This document shows positions 20,138 through 29,337 of a stretch of DNA of 64,000 nt, piece after piece. The stretch is from an uncultured Planctomycetota bacterium. GTDB lineage: Bacteria; Planctomycetota; Planctomycetia; Isosphaerales; Isosphaeraceae. Location: NCBI GenBank assembly GCA_963737655.1, contig CAVTTN010000002.1, positions 6,656,001 through 6,720,000 on the forward strand, read 5' to 3'. The position numbers were made by a program, and so were the translations under genes. The notes under the pieces are model-generated. The model had not been told where the DNA came from, ran no database searches, and saw only the letters and a list, made by a program, of their open reading frames with translations. Numbering within the stretch: position 1 is the first letter of the stretch; each line of letters begins with the position of its first letter.

Positions 20138-20202
20138 GTGGGGTGCAGGGAATGCACCGTCTTCAGTTGCGGCAAACGGATGGTGCATTTCCAGCACCCT
20201 AC
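20138..20202. repeat. Inverted pair of GTAG-type REPs (REPIN-like)
   Basis: GTGGGGTGCAGGGAATGCACC on + and GTAGGGTGCTGGAAATGCACC on -, in the rplX-rplE spacer. Confidence 0.75.
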
Positions 20203-20264
20203 CAGGACGTCCGATCGGTCCGGACCGCTCGAAGGAAATCCGAAGATTTCGACCGTCGGGGGGC

Positions 20265-20621
20265 TCACCCCTTCTTCGCGGCCCGGGCCGGCTTGGGTCG
20301 CCCGATCAGGCCGAGGCCCTCGCCGGTGACCTTGCAGTAGCGTTCCTTCTGGCCGTCGGCGGTGAAGCGGAAGCCGACGCGGACGCCTCGGCGGGCGGCC
20401 GGGCTGTAGAGCATCACGTTCGAGGCGGAGATCGGCATCTCCTTCGAGAGCCGGCCGCCCTGCTGGTTCTTCTGGCTGGGCTTCAGGTGCTTGTAGACCC
20501 GGTTGACCCCCTCGACCACGATCTTATTCTTCTCCGGCAGGACGCGGAGGACCTTCCGGGGGTCGGGGCCCTTGTCGTCGCCGGTGATCACCACCACCAT
20601 GTCGTCTTTGCGGATATGCAT
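20265..20621 (-). CDS. rplX: 50S ribosomal protein L24
   Basis: IRKDDMVVVITGDDKG (KOW), VEGVN, EMPISASNV. Confidence 0.96.
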   Translation of the reverse strand: MHIRKDDMVVVITGDDKGPDPRKVLRVLPEKNKIVVEGVNRVYKHLKPSQKNQQGGRLSKEMPISASNVMLYSPAARRGVRVGFRFTADGQKERYCKVTGEGLGLIGRPKPARAAKKG

Positions 20622-20644
20622 GGCTCGGACTCGGAGTGCCTCGA

Positions 20645-20737
20645 AGTGCTGAGTGCTGAGTGCTGAGTGCTGAGTGTGATGAGGAGGGATCGAGTCCGGT
20701 CGGCCCGAGGGCGACTCAGCACTCAGCACTCAGCACT
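20645..20737. repeat. Inverted tandem-heptamer hairpin element (AGTGCTG type)
   Basis: (AGTGCTG)x4, spacer, (CAGCACT)x3, between rplN and rplX. Confidence 0.9.
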
Positions 20738-20748
20738 TGATCGGGGAG

Positions 20749-21129
20749 TCAGACCACCTCGGCCGCGAGGCTGATGATCTTCATGAACTGGCGGTCGCGG
20801 AGCTCGCGGGCGATCGCCCCGAAGATCCGGGTGCCCCGGGGGTTCTTCTCGTTGTCGATCAGGACGCAGGCGTTGCGGTCGAACTTGACGTAGGAGCCGT
20901 CGGTCCGGCGGGTGCTATAGCGGACCCGGACCACGACGGCCTTCACCACGTCGCCGGCCTTCACGTCGCCGCCGGGCGAGGCCTTCTTGACGCTGCAAAT
21001 GATGATGTCGCCCAGCCCGGCCGTGCGCCTCTTGTACCTCGACGCGCTGCCGCCGAGGACCTTGAAGCACATCACCTCCTTGGCCCCGGTATTGTCGGCC
21101 ACGTCGAGCCGCGTCTGCATCTGGATCAT
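20749..21129 (-). CDS. rplN: 50S ribosomal protein L14
   Basis: [27 protein letters not shown]. Confidence 0.98.
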   Translation of the reverse strand: MIQMQTRLDVADNTGAKEVMCFKVLGGSASRYKRRTAGLGDIIICSVKKASPGGDVKAGDVVKAVVVRVRYSTRRTDGSYVKFDRNACVLIDNEKNPRGTRIFGAIARELRDRQFMKIISLAAEVV

Positions 21130-21273
21130 GGGAGCACCAAAACCTGTCTCTCAACTCGGGGGCCGACGATCGACCGGGGGAGGAAGCGAAATCGAGCCGA
21201 TCACTCTCGCACAGATCGGCCCGATCCGACAAGGGGTTTCCGTCCGAAAAATCCGCACGACCGGCCGTCGGGA

Positions 21274-21627
21274 TCACCCCTGCGTGGCCGGGGCCTCGGC
21301 CTTCGTCGCGCCCTCGCCCTCGCCGGCCAGGGCCTGCTGGGCGCCCTTGCGAACGATCCGCACGATCCGCCATCGCTTGAGCTTCGAGAGCGGCCGGGTC
21401 TCCATGATCTCGACGAGGTCGCCGACATGGGTGGCGTTCTGCTCGTCGTGGGCGTGGCAGACCGTCCTCCGCCGGAGGAACTTGCCGTACTTCGGGTGCG
21501 GGACCAGGCGCTCGACCTCGACCCGGCGGGTCTTGTTCATCTTATCCGACGTGACCATGCCGATCTCGGTCTTGCGACGGCGACGGGCCGGGGCGTCGGG
21601 CGGGGCATTGGCGGGGGCTTGGCTCAT
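21274..21627 (-). CDS. rpsQ: 30S ribosomal protein S17
   Basis: GMVTSDKMNKT, HPKYGK, AHDE, ETRPLSKLKRW. Confidence 0.97.
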   Translation of the reverse strand: MSQAPANAPPDAPARRRRKTEIGMVTSDKMNKTRRVEVERLVPHPKYGKFLRRRTVCHAHDEQNATHVGDLVEIMETRPLSKLKRWRIVRIVRKGAQQALAGEGEGATKAEAPATQG

Positions 21628-21657
21628 CGCTGCGGTCCCTCGGGGGCTCACGGGGTC

Positions 21658-21894
21658 TTATTTCGAGGCCGGGGCGGAGGCGGCCGGCGCCTCACGCTCC
21701 CTCTGGAGCTCGCGCTCGCGGAGGATCGTCTTGATCCGCGCGATCTCGCGCTTGGCCTTGATGATTTCGCTGGGGGCTTCCAGCCGCTCGGTCTCGCTCT
21801 GGAGCCGGAGCCGGAAGAGGTTGTGCTGGGTCTCGGCCAGGAGCAATTCGAGCTGGTCGTCGTTCTGCTCGCGGATCTGGGCGGGCTTGCTCAT
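21658..21894 (-). CDS. rpmC: 50S ribosomal protein L29
   Basis: LFRLRLQ, KREIARIKTILRE; lies just before rpsQ. Confidence 0.95.
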   Translation of the reverse strand: MSKPAQIREQNDDQLELLLAETQHNLFRLRLQSETERLEAPSEIIKAKREIARIKTILRERELQREREAPAASAPASK

Positions 21895-22693
21895 CGCGGA
21901 ATCCTCTCCCCCGCCTCGGACCCGGCGGGGCGGGCGGGCGTCTTGCTCAGGTGCTTCAGGATCGACTTCAGCCGGCCCCCCCACGTCGAGCGCCTCGGGG
22001 CCGGTCGCCGGGCGAAGAACAGCCCCATCGGCGAGTCCCCCTGGCGTCGCCAGGTCACCTCGAAGCCGGCCCCTCGGAGTTGACGGGCCAGGGCCTCGAC
22101 GGTGAATCGCTCGAACCCGGAGACGCGGACCTCGTCGGCGAGATGGTCGCCCGAGGTCTCGTGGAACTCCCCGGCGATCGTGTCGATGAGGTGCAATTTC
22201 TTCGAGGTCAGGAGGATCGGGAACTCGGACCCCTCGCAATCGATCTTCAGGAAGGCCACGCGCCTCCGGCCCCCGTTGGTGGCCCGGTCCAGGACGTCAT
22301 CGAAGGGGACCGTCTCAACTTTTCGCCCGGAACCGCCCCAGAGCAGGCTCCCGCCCCCGGTGTTGGCCGGGTCGCCGGAGGGGGTGAACGCCAGGGACGA
22401 GGCGGGCCGGTCGGACCGCCAGACGGCCTTGTTCACGAGCGTCACGCGGTCGCCGAAGGCCCGGAGGTTCTCCCGGGCGGCGTCGAAGTTCGACGGCTCG
22501 GCCTCGAACCCGAACAGGCGGCCGGCGCCGCGAGTCAGGGCCGAGTAGCTGAATCCGCCGATGTGAACGCCGATGTCCACCACCGTCTCCTCGGCCCGAA
22601 CGACTCGGGCATCTCATATTCGTTGTGCTCTTGGAAGTGGCGGAAAATGACCTCGTCGAGGGTTCCCGGCCGGAAGACGAAGGCGTCGCTCAT
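21891..22693 (-). CDS. FkbM family methyltransferase (apparent 1-nt deletion near 22593)
   Basis: MSDAFVFRPGTLDEVIF..NEY, then VVDIGVHIGGFS, FEAEPSNF, LKIDCEGSEFPIL, GEFHE; stop overlaps the rpmC ATG (ATGA). Confidence 0.87.
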
Positions 22694-22737
22694 GAGAACC
22701 TCCCTGTCCCGAACCTCGAAAGACCCCCGGACTCCGA

Positions 22738-23157
22738 TCAGAGGGTCGGCCGACGGGCGACGAAGCGGCAGGTCACGGGAAGCTTGTGGGCGATCCGGGC
22801 GAAGGCGGCCCGGGCGATGTCCTCGCTGACCCCCCCCAGCTCGAACAGGATCGTGCCGGGCTTGACGACGGCCGCCCAGTATTCGACTTCTCCCTTGCCC
22901 TTACCCATCCGGGTCTCGGCCGGGATCGAGGTCACGCTCTTGTGGGGGAAGATCCGGATGAAGAGCTTGCCGCCCCCCTTGACCGACTGGGCGGCCACGA
23001 TGCGGCCCGCCTCGATCGTCTGGGCGCTGATCTTGCCGGGTTCGAGCGACTGGAGGCCGAAATCGCCGAAGGCGACGTAGTTGCCCCGGGTGGCGTTGCC
23101 GCGAATCCGGCCCTTCTGGACCTTCCGGAATTTGACCCTCTTGGGCATCAAAGGCAT
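22738..23157 (-). CDS. rplP: 50S ribosomal protein L16
   Basis: [22 protein letters not shown]. Confidence 0.98.
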   Translation of the reverse strand: MPLMPKRVKFRKVQKGRIRGNATRGNYVAFGDFGLQSLEPGKISAQTIEAGRIVAAQSVKGGGKLFIRIFPHKSVTSIPAETRMGKGKGEVEYWAAVVKPGTILFELGGVSEDIARAAFARIAHKLPVTCRFVARRPTL

Positions 23158-23215
23158 GCGAGGACTCTCTTTCTATCGATGCGAAAGGGCGCCGGTGATG
23201 GCCCGGCGCCTCGGA

Positions 23216-23959
23216 TCAACGACGACCACCCCCGCCGCCACCGCCACCGCCTCCACCACCGCTGCCGCCGCCTCGGGGCCTCCGGGGCCTCTTGGGCGGA
23301 CCTCCGGGAGCATTCTCGGGCGCCTCGTCGGCCTTCAGATAGTCGCCCTGGTGGACCCACACCTTGATGCCGATGTGGCCCTGGGCGGTCTTCGCCTCGG
23401 AGAAGCCGTAATCGATCTTTGCCCGGAGCGTCGAGAGCGGGATCGACCCGGCGTTGGCCCCCTCGGTCCGGCTCATCTCGGAGCCGCCGAGGCGGCCGGA
23501 GAGCTGGACCTTCACGCCCTTGGCCCCGCCGTCCATCGTCTGTTCCAGGGCCCTCTTGATCGTCCGGCGGAAGCTCGACCGCTTCTTGAGCTGCTCGGCG
23601 ATGTCCTCGCTGATCAGCTGGGCGTCGATCTCCGGCCGGGTGACCTCCTCGATCTTGATGTCGATCCGGCGGCCGGTGAGGGTCTGGAGCTCCTCCTGGA
23701 TCCGCTCGACCTCCGAGCCCTTCCGGCCGATGATCACGCCGGGCCGGGCGGTGAAGAGGATGACCTTCACGGCGTCCCGGGTCCGCTCGATCTCGATCTT
23801 GGGGATGCCGGCGAACGAGTATTTCTGCTTGATGAATTTGCGGATCTTGAAGTCTTCGACGAGGAGCTCGCTGAACTCGTGCTTGTTGGCGTACCAGCGG
23901 CTCCGCCAGTCTTCGTAGACCCCCACCCGGAACCCGGTGGGTCGGACTTTCTGGCCCAT
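23216..23959 (-). CDS. rpsC: 30S ribosomal protein S3 (poly-Gly C-terminal tail)
   Basis: MGQKVRPTGFR, ARPGVIIGRKG, SGRLGG, PLSTLRA.IDY. Confidence 0.98.
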   Translation of the reverse strand: MGQKVRPTGFRVGVYEDWRSRWYANKHEFSELLVEDFKIRKFIKQKYSFAGIPKIEIERTRDAVKVILFTARPGVIIGRKGSEVERIQEELQTLTGRRIDIKIEEVTRPEIDAQLISEDIAEQLKKRSSFRRTIKRALEQTMDGGAKGVKVQLSGRLGGSEMSRTEGANAGSIPLSTLRAKIDYGFSEAKTAQGHIGIKVWVHQGDYLKADEAPENAPGGPPKRPRRPRGGGSGGGGGGGGGGGGRR

Positions 23960-24032
23960 TGGGAGGCGTCCTTCAGGCTTGGCTCGTTCGGGAAGTCGGT
24001 CGGGTCGGGTTCGAGTGGGGTCGGTTCGGGGT

Positions 24033-24434
24033 CTATTCGTCGTCGCCGTCGGCCTCGGGGGCGTCCCCGGCGAGGATCGACTCCAGGTCGGTCAGGCCGA
24101 TGGTGATGTGGCACGACCGGCGGCGGATCATGTAGGCCATCCCGCGGGCCCGGGGCATCAGCCTCTTGAACATCGGGCCGCCGTCGCCTCGGGCATCGAC
24201 GACGATCAGGTCGCCGGAGTTGCGGACCCCGCGGTCCTCGGCGTTGGCCATGGCGCTCTTGAGCACCTGCTCGATCATCCTCGCCCCGCGGTTGGGCATG
24301 TATTTCAGGATGTCCAGGGCGTTGTCGGCGTACTTGCCCCGGATCAGGTCCAGCAACGGCCGGAGCTTCCGGACGCTGGACCGGGCGAACCGGTGCGACG
24401 CCTTGTACGGTTGGGGGCTCTTGGTCTTGGCCAT
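24033..24434 (-). CDS. rplV: 50S ribosomal protein L22
   Basis: RKLRPLLDLIRGK, SAMANAE, PRARG. Confidence 0.97.
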   Translation of the reverse strand: MAKTKSPQPYKASHRFARSSVRKLRPLLDLIRGKYADNALDILKYMPNRGARMIEQVLKSAMANAEDRGVRNSGDLIVVDARGDGGPMFKRLMPRARGMAYMIRRRSCHITIGLTDLESILAGDAPEADGDDE

Positions 24435-24518
24435 GATTGGGCGCCGAGGGCGATTCCGGGGTTCTGGGAAACGATCGGAAGGGCCGAGCGACCGGCCCTC
24501 GGGGGAGTGGACTCTCGA

Positions 24519-24800
24519 TTACTTCCGGGCCGGCTTGCCGCCCTTGCCGCCGTGACCGCGGAAGGTCCGCGTCGGCGAGAACTCGCCGAGCTTGTGGCCG
24601 ACCATGTCCTCGGTCACGTACAGCTTGATGAACATCTTGCCGTTGTGGATCGCGAAGTTCTTGCCGATGAATTCCGGGACGATGGTGCAGGCGCGGGACC
24701 AGGTCCGGATCGGCTCGCGGGCGCCGGTGGCCTCGGCCCGGTACACCTTTTCGAGCAGACGCTCGTCGACGTACGGGCCTTTCTTGAGCGAACGTCCCAT
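24519..24800 (-). CDS. rpsS: 30S ribosomal protein S19
   Basis: [27 protein letters not shown]. Confidence 0.98.
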   Translation of the reverse strand: MGRSLKKGPYVDERLLEKVYRAEATGAREPIRTWSRACTIVPEFIGKNFAIHNGKMFIKLYVTEDMVGHKLGEFSPTRTFRGHGGKGGKPARK

Positions 24801-24949
24801 GAGTCAGGGTCTCTCGAAACGGAGGGTCCAGGTCGGGCGAAGAGTCGAAGGTCTCGGGGCGAAGCGGCCGGGCCTCGCGATCGTTTCGCGAGGCCCGGCC
24901 CGAGTTGAAGGTCTTGGCCGAGGCGCGAACCCGGGACGGCCCCGGCGGG

Positions 24950-25810
24950 TCAGAGTTTCAACTGGCCGTAGCGGACGCTCTTGCGGCGGCGGATGATCGC
25001 CGAGTTCGACGGCTTCCGCCGGCGGCGGGTCTTGCCGCCCTTGGCCGGGACTCCGGTGGGCGAGCAGGGGTGGCGACCGCCGGAGGTCCGGCCCTCGCCG
25101 CCGCCCATCGGGTGATCGACCGGGTTCATGGCCACGCCTCGGACGTGGGGCCGACGCCCCAGCCACCGCGAGCGACCGGCCTTACCGAGGCGAATATTCA
25201 TATGGTCGGCGTTGCCCACGACCCCGATCGTCGCCCGGCACGCCGCGGGAATCCGGCGAATTTCGCCCGACGGCAGGGTGATCTGGGCCCAGGTCCCCTC
25301 GCGGGCGGTCAGGGTGGCCGAGACCCCGGCCGATCGGCAGAGCTTCGCGCCTCCGCCGGGGACCATCTCGATGTTGTGGATCGCCAGGCCCGTAGGGATC
25401 TTGCTCATCGGCAGGCAGTTGCCCACCTTCGGCTCGGCCCCCGGGCCGTTCTGGACGGTCATCCCGGCCTTGAGCCCTTCGGGGGCGACGATGTACCGCT
25501 TCTCGCCGTCCTCGTACTTGACCAGGGCGATCCGGGCGGATCGGTTGGGGTCGTACTCGATGTGGGTGACCAGGGCGGGGATGCCGTCCTTGTCGTGCCG
25601 GCGGAAGTCGATGATCCGGTACATCCTCTTGTGGCCGCCGCCCCGGTGGCGGGCGGTGATGAAGCCCTGGTTGTTCCGGCCCCCCTTCTTCTTGAGGGGT
25701 TCGGTCAGGCTTTTCTCGGGCTTCTTGTTCTTGTCGGTCAGCTCGGAAAAGTCGCTGACCGACGCGTTCCGGCGCCCGGGACTGGTCGGCTTGTAGTAGC
25801 GGATACCCAT
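24950..25810 (-). CDS. rplB: 50S ribosomal protein L2
   Basis: [32 protein letters not shown]. Confidence 0.98.
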   Translation of the reverse strand: MGIRYYKPTSPGRRNASVSDFSELTDKNKKPEKSLTEPLKKKGGRNNQGFITARHRGGGHKRMYRIIDFRRHDKDGIPALVTHIEYDPNRSARIALVKYEDGEKRYIVAPEGLKAGMTVQNGPGAEPKVGNCLPMSKIPTGLAIHNIEMVPGGGAKLCRSAGVSATLTAREGTWAQITLPSGEIRRIPAACRATIGVVGNADHMNIRLGKAGRSRWLGRRPHVRGVAMNPVDHPMGGGEGRTSGGRHPCSPTGVPAKGGKTRRRRKPSNSAIIRRRKSVRYGQLKL

Positions 25811-25877
25811 TCTGTTCCCATCCTCTCCCGATCCGAGGGGCGCCGTCTCGCCGAGCCTGGCGATCGTACCGATCCGA

Positions 25878-26204
25878 TCAATAGAAATCAATCCGGTGTT
25901 CGTCCGTGAGCTTCACGATCGCCTTCTTCCAGTTCCTCATCCGGCCCACCTTCGTCCGATGACGGCGGACCTTACCCCGGCGGTTCTGGGTCCTCACGTC
26001 GGCGACCTCGACGTGGAACAGGATCTCGACGGCCTTCTTGATCTCGGTCTTCGTGGCCAGGGGGTTGACCTCGAAGGTGTAGGCGTTGTGCCTCTCGGAG
26101 AGGTGGGTCGCCTTCTCGGTGATCAACGGGCGGAGGATCACCTGGTACGGTTCGAGCTTCGGCCCGGAGCGTTCGTAGTGGGGGGCGTGGCGGAGGGTGA
26201 CCAT
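25878..26204 (-). CDS. rplW: 50S ribosomal protein L23
   Basis: [32 protein letters not shown]. Confidence 0.97.
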   Translation of the reverse strand: MVTLRHAPHYERSGPKLEPYQVILRPLITEKATHLSERHNAYTFEVNPLATKTEIKKAVEILFHVEVADVRTQNRRGKVRRHRTKVGRMRNWKKAIVKLTDEHRIDFY

Positions 26205-26210
26205 GGCGGA

Positions 26211-26990
26211 TTAGCTCTCCTGTCCGGCGGTCGCGGGGGCGGCGACAGCGACGGCGGGCCTGGGCCGGCGGGCCGGCTTCTCCTTGACCCGCTCCTTCAG
26301 CGCCGCGAACGCCTCGCGGGTCAGGAGCAAGTACTTCTGCTTGAGCACGTCGTAGGTGTTGAATTCGGCCACCGGCGCGACGGCGACCCCTTCGAGGTTC
26401 CGGGCGCTGCGGTGGAGCGTGGGGTCGAGCGCCGGGGTGCCGATGAGGATCGTCCGGCCGTCGAGCGTCCGCTTCCGGGCGGCGGCCTTGGTCTCGGTCG
26501 GCTCGGGCGTCGCCTCGTCGTCCTTCAGGTCGGGCCGGGCGATCGCGCGGAGGAGGGTGGCGACGACCTTGGTCTTGGGCTTCGCGTCCGGACTCGCGGT
26601 CCCCAGGCCCTCGACGATCAGGGCCTCGCCGTCCTGGAACTTGGAGAGGATCGCCTGGCGGATCGCGGACCTCACGGCCTTCTTGGGCATCGTGTAGGAG
26701 TAGTCGCGATTCCTCTTGGCGAACGCGACGCCGCCGCCCTTTCGCTTGTTCGTCCTCTTGGCGCCGGCGCGGGCGTTGCCGGTCCCCTTCTGGCGGAAGA
26801 GCTTCTTGCCGGACCCGGCGACGTCGGCCCGCCCCCGGGTGTTCACGGTGCCGACCCGGCGGTTGGCCAGGTGCATCACCACCACGTCGTGGAGGAGTTG
26901 CTTGTTGACTTCGCCGCCGAAGTCGGCCGGGTCGATCGACTCCTCGCCGATCTTCTGGCCGGTGGTGTTGTAGACGGGCACGCTCAGCAT
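26211..26990 (-). CDS. rplD: 50S ribosomal protein L4 (internal insertion, C-terminal extension)
   Basis: KKLFRQKGTGNARAG, GGGVAF, SARNL. Confidence 0.97.
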   Translation of the reverse strand: MLSVPVYNTTGQKIGEESIDPADFGGEVNKQLLHDVVVMHLANRRVGTVNTRGRADVAGSGKKLFRQKGTGNARAGAKRTNKRKGGGVAFAKRNRDYSYTMPKKAVRSAIRQAILSKFQDGEALIVEGLGTASPDAKPKTKVVATLLRAIARPDLKDDEATPEPTETKAAARKRTLDGRTILIGTPALDPTLHRSARNLEGVAVAPVAEFNTYDVLKQKYLLLTREAFAALKERVKEKPARRPRPAVAVAAPATAGQES

Positions 26991-27100
26991 GGGATCGCAT
27001 CCGGAGTTCGGAACACGGAAAGATCGCGGAGGGGGGGATCGATCGGCCCGATCCCGGTCCCGTCTCGGGGATCACCCGCGTTGATCTGTGAGAGAAGTCC

Positions 27101-27736
27101 CTAGACCTTGTTCGTCTGCCGGACGGTCACGAAGGCGTTGTTGTGCCCCGGGACGGCGCCTCGGACCAGCAGGAGGTTGTTCGTCGGATCGACCCGGACG
27201 ACCTTCAGGTTGCGGACGGTCACCCGGGCGTTGCCGTGGTGCCCCGGCTTGCGGATGCCCTTGCGGGTGTGGGACGGGTCGGCCGACGGGCCGCTGGAGC
27301 CGGGGTGGCGGTGCATCCGCTTCACGCCGTGGGTGGCGCGGAGGCCCTTGAAGCCGTGGCGCTTCATCACGCCGGTGAAGCCGCGGCCCTTGCTCGTGCC
27401 GATCACGTCCACGCGGCCGATCGCGTTGAAGACCTCGACGGTGAGGGTCTGCCCCTCGCTCACGCCGTCGGCCGGGGCGTCCTGGCGGATCTCCCGGACG
27501 AACTTCTTGGGCTCGGCCTCCACCTTCCGGGCGTGGCCGCGCTCGGCCTGGGTGGCGCTCTTCCGCTTCTTGTCCGCGAAGCCGAGCTGGACGGCGTGGT
27601 AGCCGTCCCGTTCGAGGGTCCGGACCTGGAGGACCGTGCAGGGCCCGCACTCCAGGACCGTCACCGGGACGGCCGTGCCGTCCGCCTCGTAAATCTGGGT
27701 CATGCCGACTTTGCGGCCGAGCAATCCGACGTTCAT
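27101..27736 (-). CDS. rplC: 50S ribosomal protein L3
   Basis: [41 protein letters not shown]. Confidence 0.98.
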   Translation of the reverse strand: MNVGLLGRKVGMTQIYEADGTAVPVTVLECGPCTVLQVRTLERDGYHAVQLGFADKKRKSATQAERGHARKVEAEPKKFVREIRQDAPADGVSEGQTLTVEVFNAIGRVDVIGTSKGRGFTGVMKRHGFKGLRATHGVKRMHRHPGSSGPSADPSHTRKGIRKPGHHGNARVTVRNLKVVRVDPTNNLLLVRGAVPGHNNAFVTVRQTNKV

Positions 27737-27909
27737 GGGTCCAGACCGCTCCCGAAAGGCAACGAGGAGGACGGGAGGCGCCTCCGCCAGGGGGGCCGAA
27801 GCCCGAAATCCCGGCACCGACACGGGACTAGCGGGGCGACAGGGCCCCGGCCCGGAGGTCGGCTCCATCGAGTTGTGGGGAAAATCCTTCCGACCGAATG
27901 GCGGGTCGA

Positions 27910-28242
27910 TCAACCCCCGGTCGGCCCGGCCTTGATCTTGATATCGACCCCGGCCGGGAGGCTGAGCTTGTTCAGGGCGTCGATCGTCTTGGCCGTCGGC
28001 TGGACGATGTCGATCAGACGCTTGTGGGTGCGGATCTCGAATTGCTCCCGCGACTTCTTGTCGATGTGCGGGCTGCGGAGGACGGTGTACCGCTCGATCC
28101 GGGTCGGCAGCGGGATCGGCCCGTGGACGATCGCCTCGGTCCTCTTGGCCGTCTCGACGATGTCCTTGGCGGATTGATCGAGGATGGTATGGTCGTACGC
28201 CTCCATCCGAATCCGAATCCGCTCGTTGCTGATGCCGGCCAC
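27910..28242 (-). CDS. rpsJ: 30S ribosomal protein S10
   Basis: [31 protein letters not shown]. Confidence 0.98.
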   Translation of the reverse strand: MAGISNERIRIRMEAYDHTILDQSAKDIVETAKRTEAIVHGPIPLPTRIERYTVLRSPHIDKKSREQFEIRTHKRLIDIVQPTAKTIDALNKLSLPAGVDIKIKAGPTGG

Positions 28243-28317
28243 GCGTCTTATCCCTTCCCGAAACGGACGAGTTCACGCAAGGTGGGCTGTCCTGACCCCC
28301 ACCTCGGGGAAAGTAAG

Positions 28318-28346
28318 AGTGTAAAGGGCGTTCACGGATCGGTCAA
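28318..28346 (-). promoter_or_regulatory. sigma70 promoter of the S10 operon
   Basis: TTGACC-N17-TACACT on the minus strand, ~75 nt upstream of rpsJ. Confidence 0.8.
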
Positions 28347-28449
28347 GCGGACTTCTCGGGTTTTCCGCGAGAATCCGCGCGATGGCGGGACGAGACTCGG
28401 GGCGATAGCATGGCCTGAGGAGCGTCTCCACCTTGTTGAGGTCCCCAGA

Positions 28450-29231
28450 ATGCCCACCCCTTTTCCCGGGATGGACCCCTACCTCGAAATCTCGGGGGAT
28501 TGGCGTGACTTTCACGCCACTTTCATCGCGACCTGCCCTAACACCCTCAACGATCTCCTGCCGGAACACTACGTCGCGAGGATCGACGAGCGATTTCGGA
28601 TCATGGAGACGCCCAACGATCGCGGCCCATCGCGCTGCCCCGACATTGCGGTGGAGAAGACCCGGCCGAGGGAGGCTCCGGGAGGGGCTGAGACGGGCGT
28701 TGCCGTGCTGGACCTTCCCCCGGTCATGGTCCGATTGGCCCCGACCCAGCGCGAAGAGGTCCGCGAAACCTGGATCGAGATCCGCAAGGCGCCGAACTGG
28801 GACCTGGTCACTTCGATCGAGCTCCTCTCTCCCTCGAACAAGGAGGAGCCGGGGTTCTCGGACTACCTGGGCAAGAGGGCGGACCTGATCGAAAGGCCGG
28901 TGCATCTGGTCGAGCTGGACCTGCTCGTCCGGGGCCGGCGCCCGCCGATGGCCGACCCCCTCCCGCCGGGGACTATTTCGCGATCGTCTCGCGGGCCGAG
29001 CAGCGGCCGGCGAGCGAAGACTACGCGTGGTCGGTCCGCCGCGTCTTGCCCACGATCCCGATCCCGCTCTCCCGGCCCGACCCCGACTTGCCGCTCCGTC
29101 TCTCGGAAGTCTTCTCGCTGGCGTACCGTCGGGGCCGCTATGAGCGGACGATCGACTATCGACGGCCCCTGAATCTCCCTCTCACCCCCGAGGATCGTGC
29201 CTGGGCCGAGGCGACCGCCACCCTCCGTTGA
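28450..29231 (+). CDS. DUF4058 family protein (apparent 1-nt deletion near 28968)
   Basis: MPTPFPGMDPYLE, IELLSPSNK, HLVELDLL; second frame gives LPTIPIPL...IDYRRP. Confidence 0.85.
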
Positions 29232-29337
29232 CCCGCCGATCGGATCGACTTCAATATCGCGCACCGACTCACGAAGCCTTCTCATGACCTGGGTAGGATG
29301 AGAATTCGTCCGTAAAAGTCCCGTGGGGAGAAGTCGC

